This document shows, one piece after another, positions 53,404-64,000 of a stretch of 64,000 nt of DNA (within the stretch, counting starts at the first letter, position 1; every line of letters starts with the position of its first letter). The translations under genes were made by a program, and so were the position numbers. The notes under the pieces are model-generated. The model searched no databases, was not told the origin of the DNA, and saw nothing but the letters and a program-made list of their open reading frames with translations. The stretch covers positions 100,564,001 through 100,628,000 of the forward strand of contig OX597822.1 of NCBI GenBank assembly GCA_951406725.2, read 5' to 3'. Origin of the DNA: Octopus vulgaris. Taxonomy: Eukaryota.

Positions 53404-56400
53404 ATATTTTAATGCTTAACACTTTTAAGAATGTATGAGAAACCTAAGACTCATTTTAATTCTTGAAATATGTTTTAAGAATATTTTTATTCACCGTCTT
53501 TAGAAAAACCATAAGTTTAAAAAAAAAAATATTTTTTACTGATATCAGGTGTTGCAGAAATACCTACTAATAACCTAAACAGTGTGAAGCTTACAGGTAT
53601 CTATTAATGTTAAGAATTCAAAATAATGTATAGTAGTTTCTGGAAGCATCTTTTAAACTGTTCTTGCCTTTTGCTAGGTAGTTTCTCGCTGGTGAATTTC
53701 GTCTGGTGTTATTTTTGTTCAAAGCACACTTTCTCTCTAAATTGGCCTATCAGTTACTGTTACAATTTAAATAATCAAGCTCTGTTTTCTTTTCTTTTCT
53801 AAAGGGCACAATTCTGTTTTAATAAACTAACCTATTTTACCATCAGCCTTCAAGTGACAGGTGTTAGCTTTTGATGGTAACTCTGCCAACTTTTCTGTTT
53901 ATTTATATATAGCTCACAACATTTGTAGTTTATATTATTGTAATATTTTTATGAGGTAAAACAACTGGAACCTAGTTCCTTGTGGACTATCCTGTATAGA
54001 GAACAAGTGAATAAACACAAGCAATGTTAATCTACCTTTAAAAAAAAGAAAATTTCAAACGTGACAATCTCGATATCGCTTTCTCTCACATTACCTTCTC
54101 CTGACCCACATTTAAAGCTTTCAAACACTGTTTCAAACTAATGAAATATTAGTCAGTTTTACAATACTGTCATTTCTTTACGACAGTAATTTGCAGTACC
54201 TGTGCAAAAGTAGGTGGAATGAGCCATTAAGTACCTTTGACACATAGTGCAGTGCTAGTGTCTATTTGGGTTGTATATCATACACTGAACTTAGCCATTC
54301 ACTTAACCCCCTTCTGTATGTATGTGTGTGTGAATAACACTTCAATTTTTCATAGATCTTTCTTAATGTTTCTAGCCCAGAGAGACAATAGATACCAAAT
54401 GTTTAAAGAAACTTATTATATAAACTGTTCTTTTAGTTGGAAGATTTATGACATTTCCACCTCACAGAATGTTTCATCTGGAGTTAAATGCCACTCATAA
54501 TATTTTTATGGCTTACAAAAGAATTAACTTAACGTCAAGGTAACTTCAAATTTTTTCTGTTGGCCTGTCACTATGCTGATTATATATATATATTTATGCA
54601 GTGTGAACCAGTGGCTGTATAGTGTTCTGGTGTGTGCTAATCAGCAGGACAGCTTATTTTTTAATGTTGTCTATGAAGTGTATATAGGGTTGCAGTACTC
54701 TTTCAGATATGTGAGTGGTACTGCAATATGAGTCAGACTTTAATTTTAAGAGAGGATTAAATGAATGATTAGAGCTGAATTATTTTGAGCAGACACCCTA
54801 ATAGACAATATTGTCATTGTTGTCATTTTAACATCCACTTTCCCATGCTTGCATGGGTTAGGCAGTTGACTGAGGAAGATTTTCTAGTCCTGGATGCTCT
54901 TTCTGTTGCCAACACACACCTGTTTCCATGCAAAGTAATATTTCCCCATGACCAGACATGTTTTTGCAGAAGATTGGAAACTAATGCCACTGCATGACAG
55001 TGACACTCGTTTACAACTATCACACAATGTCAAGACAAGGAGATACAAACACACATACATATGACAAGCGTCTTTCATCTTCCCGTCTACCACATCCACA
55101 CTGTATCTATATTGGGACAGCACCTTCAAGGGTACTGTCGATGACATATTTATCTAACTTGGATGGATGAAAGGCAAAGTAGACCTGCGCAGGTTTTGAA
55201 CTCACAATGTAAATGTTTGTAACCAAGATGTTTTATCCAATGCTCTTCTAATTCTGCCATCTACCATACCATATGCTAAATAGTATTCCTAAATATACAG
55301 TATTTTTAGCTTTGTTGATAACAGAATTAATCATACTCCAATTACAGAGAAATACCTTGCTATTAATTTAGTATTAAAATCAAATCTTATTCTCAATGCT
55401 CAGCAAATATAAGTAGATAGCTACTTGCATTTAACTGAAATTTACTTGCATTTCCCTGATGTGTATTACTGACAGAGATGTATTTCAGTGAAGACTGAAG
55501 GTCCATGTCTGCTTTTTTTAAAAATTTAAATTATAAACATATGCTACACATTATATATTAGATGGTATGTTCATTAGTAATATGAAACAACCAAAATGTG
55601 TGTCTGTCTGTCTGCTTGAATTTATGGTGAAATGGAAACTTGGACAAGGTTATTGGTTCAGGAGCTGAGTTCATATCCTACTGCAGGTGTTTTGCTATAT
55701 CTGTAAGCAGGGTACTTTTTGTTTTGATTTGCTTACATTGAGAATAGCTAACAAATCTTCTGAAGAAACTACCTTCAGTAGTCTAGTATACTATCCAGGA
55801 GCTTTTGTTTTATGAAAATGTTCACTAAGCATCATGTGTTGTTGAGGTTAGGTGAAGATATTAACTGATGCATTTGAAGCACCTCCACTCCGTCTAAGAG
55901 TCTTGTCTTATGAGTTAGTGACCTTACTAATGTAGGGTGCCACGAAAAAACGCACCCAGTACACTCTGTAAAGTGGTTAATGTTAGGAAGAACAAGCATC
56001 CAGCCATAGAAACCTTGCCAAAGCAGACATTGGAGACCAACATGGCCCTCATGCTAGTCGGATCCTGTTGAACCATCCAACCTGTTCCAACATGGGATAT
56101 GTATCTTGAATGATGATGAATATTCTTAAACACCGCTTTGTCAAAATGAAATCAAAATTTGTTATCTATTTTAAAAAAATAAACTTTATCTCTTTACTCT
56201 TCAGATTTCCCTACTGTCTAACATCACAGATACAAATATATGTTGTTTTTCCTTCTGATAGCTAAGTAATTCTGTTATCTCTTGTATTTTGCTCTACGGC
56301 AAAGTACTGAAAATTACTTAGATTTTACATTTGAATGTCAAGAAAGACCTTCAGCTATCTAAAATATTTTGCTCATATGAATGTCTGAATTTCCACAATT

Positions 56401-57741
56401 ATCATTTGATAGTGGCATGAGTCGTCATCATCATTGTAATATCAACTTTTCCATATTTACATGGGCTGGGTGTAGTTTATTGAGGCAGATTTTCTACAGC
56501 TGGATGCCCTTCCCGTTGCCAACCCTCATGTTTCCGAGCAAGGTTATGTTTCTCTAGACACGTTTTTCATAGAATAGTGGAAATAAATTACACTGCTTGT
56601 ATGACAGTGACACACAACTAAATATGAAAAGATATAAACAAATTGAATTTTGTTTTGCTTTTGGTTTCACAATCTCAATGCTTAAATTCAGAAACAACTT
56701 TTTAGGGGTCAACATTGTTTTCTTCCAGTTAATCCTACTGTGGACTGGCTGAGTTTTGCCACAGGGTTATGTTCTTAACATGGTTCTATATGTCTTTGTT
56801 CTACCTATATTTTCTTTTATTTTTTATGTTTAATTTTAGTCATCATTTCTTACAACTTACAGATCTTTACTTGTGAAAGCTTATGAAAGAGTTTAACATT
56901 TTTTTAATCATTATTATCATATATGCACTGGTGTGGTTGTGTGGTAAGAAGCTCGCTTCCCAACCACTTAGTACTGGGTTCAGTCCCGCTGCATGGCATC
57001 TTAGGCAATTGTCTTCTGCTATAGCCTCAGGCTGACCGAAGCCTTGCGAGTGAATTTGGTTGATGGAAACTGAAAGAAGCCCATTGGCTGCAGTTCAATG
57101 ACTAAAACAAGTAAAAGATAAAGATATTGAGCAAAATGTTTTGGATTCTTCTTCTTTCCTTACTTTTTCACTTTTTTTCTTTTGTGGTGGAGAGGATTCT
57201 GTTTTCTTACCAACTGAATTGTTACCTAAACCAAACTTTCTGTATCCAATCCCTTTTGAAGTGGCGTCTATTAGCACAAAATCAGTTGTTGTTTTAGGAA
57301 ATAGGATAAATCTTGGCAGGAAAGACTGAGTTAGTGGTATTTGAAAAGCAGGATGTAACTTACTGCCATTATCAATCTGCAGCATGTGCTACTTTTTATG
57401 TTTGTTATTGTTCATCAGCATCATCACCACTACCACCACCATCAGCATCACCATCAGGCCTGTTTTGTAGTTTTAAATGAGAAAATTAAATAAAGCAACC
57501 ACTTGTAAAAGTTTGTGATTTTATTTGTTTTATATATACAATCTTTTGTTTAAAATAATAGTGTTTCCATAATATTTTTAACAGTAGTGACCAAGTATAA
57601 GCATTCAATTATTTTAAAATAAATGTAAATCAGTTTAGGAGGCAGCAACTTATAATTAATATGTAATTTTAATCATCAGTTTTAGTAATAGAATACACAA
57701 CTGGAGAAGAAGGATAAACTATTGTTTCATATTCTTTCTTT

Positions 57742-58142
57742 TCTTTTACTTGTTTCAGTCATTTGACTGCGGCCATGCTGGAGCACCGCCTTTTTTTAGT
57801 CGAGCAAATCGACCCCGGGACTTATTCTTTTGTAAGCCCAGTACTTATTCTATCGGTCTCTCTTGCCGAACCGCTAAGTAACGGGGACGTAAACACACCA
57901 GCATCGGTTGTCAAGCAATGCTAGGGGGACAGAGACAGACACACAAACACACACACGCATATATATATATACATATATACGATGGGCTTCTTTCAGTTTC
58001 CGTCTACCAAATCCACTCACAAGGCATTGGTCAGCCCGGGGCTATAGCAGAAGACACTTGCCCAAGGTGCCACGCAGTGGGACTGAACCCGGAACCATGT
58101 GGTTGGTTAGCAAGCTACTTACCACACAGCCACTCCTGCGCC
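57742..58142 (-). mobile_element. SINE family A, full-length young copy in kinase intron 1
   Basis: Reverse complement of 37556-37951 with CpGs intact. Confidence 0.9.
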
Positions 58143-60358
58143 TATGTGTGTATATATTATTTGCATTTAAGCAATAGGTTGATTGCTTAGTCTATTTATT
58201 GCTTGGGTGGTGCTTCAGTAATATTTGTACAATCATGTTCACTAGCAAAGTTGTTTTAGTTGCTATAGAAAAGCAAAAATCTGTGATGGTTGATAATATT
58301 TTCTACTTGGACTTTTTTTTAATAGATAGGCACACCCTTTGTTATTAGAACAATACTGGATTATTATCAAAAAGGATGTTTTTTAGACTAGGAAGGTTAC
58401 AGAAGTGGTCTACAATTTTAAATGTAGCTGATACTGTATATGCTCAGAATGTGATATTCCAAGGCATATTAGTCAAAATTATAAATTACAATGTTAGGCA
58501 TTTATAATTGTTAAGCTACAAATAGGTAGCTTTGGTTGTTTCAACATCTTTCAGTGTATTTTTCTCATTTAGTTTGGTATCCAGAGTTGAAAGATATCCA
58601 CATGAAGAATATTATAACTTGCAATATCATGTATGATTATGTATTATTTAACATAATGTATCAGTTTACATTGTCTTTTGAGCTTGTCATAGCATTTTCA
58701 ATGTTTCTCAGATCCATAAAAAAACCATTTTATCTTTCCCTTTGAGCCTTTTTTTTAATCAAGTCTTTATTTTTTTGTAAGATAGGTAATTATAGATTTA
58801 ATTTTACCTCATGGAAACCCTTTTATATCTTCATACCTGATGAACCTGTGTTTAATTGTAACTTAGAGTTAAATTTAGCACAAGTGAATTGGGAATGTGA
58901 TTATAACTGATGCATCAGTTAGTGTATATATTTGAGAGCTGATATGCTGCTATGACCATATATATATAATATGTGTGTATTACAGATGTTAGAGTCTGGT
59001 GGTAGAATATGCAAGTTAGAAGTGGGTGAAAAAATTTGTGACAAAATCTTTCAATGGTAGCTGGATAGGGTTTCAATGCAGAGCTTTATGCAGATAATTA
59101 TTTTAATCAAAATAAAAACGGACAACCATAGAGAAAAGATGTGTATGAAGCTGGAGAATATCAAGTAAAGATATAGAAAATAAAGATGCATAGTATATAA
59201 AATGTAAACAAGTGATGTTATCTCTGGTAGTTAGCTTGTTGTTCTGGAATCTGTCAGTCTGTTTCCAGAATGAGAAAATTATTTTTGCAGACTGAAAGCT
59301 ATAGGAATGTGGAGAAAACAATACCATAATAGATAGTATTGTTGCATTAAAGAAGGCACTTGGCAACATATAACCTGGAGATAGTAAAAGAGGTTTTTTT
59401 TTTTTTTTTGGTTTTTTTTCAGATGTTGTTTAAGTAGTAGAATGGCTGGGTAGATTTTTTAATAATGTTATTGAGTTCAGATTTACTTCGGCACAGAACA
59501 CCTTGTTTTGCATTGCCTTGGTTAACTGATATGTCAGAATAGATAGCAGATTTTTTTTAGAAATTGTTGATCGGTTTTATCTCATTATATACGTTCCTCT
59601 ATTGTAAGCATAATACCTTTCTGACTTGAAAGTTTGATGTTGAGAGGGGTGGCTTTTCTTGAGGAATTGTTGTTCATTTATGACATGAAAGATTGCATGT
59701 TTCAACTTCGGGTAAAAAGAAACAATTCAGGATGCAAGCTTGTTGTTGTTACATCATAAACTTCATCTTCAACCAGGAAGATTTGACAAAGTGAAGTATA
59801 ACAGTAACAGCGCAATAAAACTAATAGACATTTGTTTTACAACAAAATAATACTGACAGCTTATAGGTAGCTTGCCAATATATATTGGTGGGTAGATAGG
59901 TCAGAAAGTTATTCTAAATTTAGTCAGTCAGTTGGCCAAAATGATTAGTCCATCAGGAATATGAATCCATTATGAATACCGTTTGGTCATTGTGCGACTG
60001 TTACAAAGGCTGCTTTGTTTTCTACCCTTCAGCTAATGATTTACTCTTGTCATTGTAAACACTAATAAGAATTAGTGTCTAAAGAAATAACATTTCCATC
60101 CTTGTCATTGTTTTGTATAATATCAGTCCAGATGTACCTGTTATTATTTTAAATCTTGATGTTTCAAATAGATTCTAATCAGCATTTCCTATCGACAAAT
60201 ACTTCATCTTAGAGAATGATGATTTGAATATTTCTCTCTTGATGTAAGGAAGGGTCTTTAATGAATATAATACTTTCAGTAGTTTGTTCCTTATCATGTT
60301 TTTTTGTTTTGTTTTTAACATAATGATTAATTTAATTTTTTTTTTAATTATTTTGCAG

Positions 60359-60592
60359 AGGAAAAATCAAGTTGATCCAGAAACCAAATTCTCCAAATTA
60401 CAGAAAATTGGAAAAGGTTCTTTTGGAGAGGTCTTCAAAGGAATTGACAATGAAAGCAAACAAATTGTTGCTATTAAGATCATAGATCTTGAAGAAGCTG
60501 AAGATGAAATTGAAGATATCCAACAAGAGATCATGGTGCTGTCACAATGTGACAGTTCCTATGTCACCAAGTATTTTGGATCCTATCTCAAA
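60359..60592 (+). CDS. Ste20-family GCK-III kinase (STK24/STK25/STK26; MST3/YSK1/MST4-like), exon with kinase subdomains I-IV
   Basis: Acceptor ttttgcag|, donor AAA|gtaagt, 234 nt, phase 0-0. Translates [78 protein letters not shown]: Gly-rich loop, VAIK lysine and the GCK-III-typical [17 protein letters not shown]. Probably co-orthologous to all three vertebrate paralogs, so no single symbol is given. Confidence 0.97.
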
Positions 60593-63205
60593 GTAAGTTA
60601 TCATTATTTTACTATCTGCGTTTCTGTGTTTGCATTGGGTCAGGTGGAATTTGTTGAGGCAAATTTTCTACAACTGGATGCCCTTGCTGTCACCAACCCT
60701 CACCTGTTGTTTCCCAGGTAAGGCAATATTTCCTCATAGTGAGACATGCTTTCGTGGAAGATTGGAAACATTTGTATGATAGTGACACTCATTTACAACT
60801 CTTGTGTGATATCAAGATGTTGAGACCACACACACACACACACACAATGAGCTTCTTTCAGTTTCCATCTACCAAATCCATTCACAAGGCTTTGATCTGT
60901 TCATCGGTAGAAGACACTCACCCAAGGTGCCATGTAGTGGGACTGAACTAGAAACCACATGTTTGGAAAGTGAATGGCTGTGTGGTTACACAGCCATTCC
61001 TGTACTTAAGTAGTTAAATTGCTGTAATTTCATCTGGACAGTCAGAGGATGATGGCTGACAATTAGAAGCTAAATTTTCACCAGTGTTTTAATCATTGAT
61101 TATATTTTAAGATTCTTAGAATAAGACATCCTTTCATTAGACTTTTTATTCAGATCAGAAATATATCCATAATTTTTTTCTCTGAAGAGATTACTGTGTA
61201 CAATATGATGTAATCTGCATGCTAAAAAATGACATATTATCAAGCTATTTTCTCTTATTTAAACTCCTTGAACATCTTATATAACTTAATTCTATTTATA
61301 TACGCTACTTGTATTTGAAGCTTATCCTTCAAGATAAATGTCATTGAAATTTTGCCTTTTTGTGTTTTTGTCTTGAATAATTTTAATATGTGATAAAAAT
61401 TATCTGCTGGTAATTTTCAATTATCGCTTAATTGTTATTGCATTAAATTAAGCCATTGTACATTAATATTTTACAGACATTATTCTTTGATCTTAAACTG
61501 TTTTTGGTAGTATAATTGACTTAATTTGAGAATTTAACAATTTACTGAAAAAATCATCTTGATTTAAATAATTGGAAGTAAAATCTTTTGAGTGGGAAAT
61601 ATTTTTACAAATAACAAGCAAAGTTATTTATACTTCGTGATTCTGTTTCCTGATCCAGTTTTTACTTTGCTCACTTGTCTGGTGTTAGCTTGTAAAGTAA
61701 AATTATGAAAACATCCTCCTGAGATCTGACATAAGTTTTTCAATCCTGCTAAGTCTGTCACTTAACAGAGCTTGTGTGAAATAACAGGCCTTTAATCTAA
61801 ACAGTAGTATGTCTGTCTACCTGGCATCTATTATATTACTTAATACTTTTCCCTCTTTCTGCTTTAGTTATAGATATTTTCCCTTAAGACAACTCCACTG
61901 TCAAATTACTTTGGTTATAATTAATTTGAAAGTGGTGAGTCTAATAATTAAGCAATAATTGTTTAGTGTAATTGATATTTAAATGTAAATATATTAAATG
62001 TTCTTTTTTCCTCATGAGTAGACTTGCAAATTTATTTTCAGTTATTTTCATATGCATGAATCATAACTGACAATAGGTGTTTATTTATCAGTGAGGTGGT
62101 AGAACAGCTAGTGATATAGTTTTCTTTTTCTTCTTTTTTTTTTCTTGTTACACAGTCGAATGTTAGTAGGACATGGTTAGATTTTAGCTTTCTGCTTTAT
62201 TTATATGTGAGGACTGATTCTTGTTGATATATTTTGAGCAGTGTTAAAAATAAAATACGTTTATATTTATAACGTTCAGTTACTGCTATCAATAGCTGAC
62301 TAGGTCACCAAATTACAATTAATATAATTTATTTACACAAAGAAAATGACCAAGTGTATAGTATTGGACCAACCATCCTTAGTTTTTCTGGATGTAAGAG
62401 ATAAAGACCAGAACTATTAGGTTAGTGACTTTTGTAGCCTGCAAAGGGATCATCCAGCCTATTACAGAAACCCTTATCAACTTTTTTTATATTATATAAT
62501 AACGATATATTAAACAAATCATATATAGTTTGTGCATTAAAAATAGTCATGTTACACTTTTTATTGAAAATACAAAAAAATTGTTATATTTTGTAAGATT
62601 ATTTAAATAAAGCTGTTAGGCGAAACTTGAAGTAAGTCTAATATTTTTAGTTTAACAGAAGGAAGAGGCTTTCAATATAACAGGAAAACCTTCAAAAACC
62701 CTGCAAATTGTGTCTGCAATTTTAGTAGCCCTCTATGAAGTAAGTTAGTTGTTCCAGAGCATAGTTGATATCTAAGTTGTTTTTTTCCTAAATAACCACT
62801 TGTCTTATTCAAAACTGATTTTAACCATTGATTTACACAGTCAGTATTTGAGTTAAATAGCAACAGTTAAAATCTAGTTGGATAAAAAGCATATATTTGT
62901 GACCATCATAGGTGGCGGTCAGTTCACTTTTGTGAAGTGAGCCTGGCAGGAGGCTTGATATGTAAGTTTTATTTAAAGGTATTCAAGAACTGAGAGTGTT
63001 ATTTTGGAATTTAGACAATTTGTGCACCACTTCTCAAAGACACTTATAAGTTTTCTTTTTTAAGTTTCAAGTTAATTTTGATTCACCTATTGTGCCTGGA
63101 ATGTGTGATATCAATCAACTAATATTATATAATTAATGAATGCTTTTTTTTTTATTACTAATTTTAGTATTTGAATTAAAGGAATGTTTGCAAATTTATT
63201 TTTAG

Positions 63206-63371
63206 GGGACCAAATTATGGATTATTATGGAGTATCTTGGAGGTGGATCAGCACTTGATCTTATGAAAGCTGGCTTATTTCAAGAAAATGATATTGCGAT
63301 TATTTTACGAGAAATTTTAAAAGGGCTGGATTATTTACATTCTGAAAAGAAACTTCATCGAGATATCAAAG
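63206..63371 (+). CDS. Next exon of the GCK-III kinase (subdomains V-VIb); gene continues past the window
   Basis: Acceptor tttttag|GGG, donor AAAG|gtaatt (phase 1). Translates [55 protein letters not shown], including the HRD catalytic loop. Confidence 0.97.
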
Positions 63372-63587
63372 GTAATTTCTTCTTTTTTATCATGTTGCCA
63401 AAATGGAAGGGGAGAAAAAGAAAATGAATGAGAGATAACGAGCAAAATTTAATGGAAAATTATATAATTGGGACATTTTAGATTAACAGCTCAACACATA
63501 CTTTGATTAGAGTTTGAATTCTGTTTTTGTTATAACTGCAGTTTTTATGTTGATAAACTAGTAAAACTCTTACATACATACATACAT

Positions 63588-63639
63588 GTCCAACCCATGC
63601 TAGCATGGAAAGTGGACGTTAAACGATGATGATGATGAT
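63588..63639 (+). mobile_element. RTE-type retroposon 3' tail with (GAT)n end (family D)
   Basis: GTCCAACCCATGCTAGCATGGAAAGTGGACGTTAAACGATGATGAT, with its reverse complement at 45475-45530. Longer decayed relatives at ~45260-45470, 46895-47060, 54820-55050, 55880-56120 (+), 56425-56620, 60640-60825 and 63680-63830. Confidence 0.7.
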
Positions 63640-64000
63640 AATACATACATACATACATATACACACACACACACACCATATCAGTTAATGTCTACTTTTC
63701 TGTGCTTGTATCAGTCAGGATTCATTGCCCTTCCTGTAACCAATCATCACTTATCTCCCAAAGGACTGGAAATGGATGATACCACTTGTATGACAATGAC
63801 CCTCATATAAATCACATGGTGTCAAAATGGGATGGCGGGGGGGGGGGGCATGCACACAGACAGATATCTGCAACAAAAAAGCAAAGATAGTATTAAAAAT
63901 GTATCAAAACAAAATTGTAACAAGTGGAAAAAAAAGTTAAATTGTTATAAATCATTTATTTAAGTGCTAAAGGAGCTCCTGAGTCACCCTGTATAGTTGT

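Noticed and set aside
60284-60721. 145-aa ORF as a complete kinase CDS
   Set aside because: Only 60359-60592 is exonic. The flanks are polypyrimidine tract and intronic repeat.

Overview
Eukaryotic, AT-rich, microsatellite-saturated genomic DNA. The SINE families and repeat texture point to an octopus (coleoid cephalopod); this is an inference. Positions ~1-38 kb are largely non-coding, with many SINE copies, two non-autonomous Helitron pieces, two decayed Tc1/mariner transposase remnants, LINE 3' ends, MITE-like hairpins and a set of Penelope-type hammerhead-ribozyme-like motifs. This part also holds one non-repetitive 122-aa intronless ORF (9812-10180) and a candidate minus-strand terminal exon (3402-3614). 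From ~38.5 kb to the end lies the 5' part of a GCK-III Ste20-family kinase gene (STK24/25/26-like): a CpG-rich promoter, a putative 5-codon first coding exon (39214-39228), a ~21-kb first intron, and kinase exons at 60359-60592 and 63206-63371. The gene runs off the window. Nearly all ORFs in the supplied track are microsatellite or SINE artefacts. The most interesting signals are an inverted pair of hammerhead-like motifs with a branched stem II (33.1-33.2 kb), five minimal hammerhead-like motifs with non-canonical cores, the orphan ORF, a sharp CpG-depletion boundary inside the kinase intron, and a G:U-rich intronic pre-miRNA-like hairpin.
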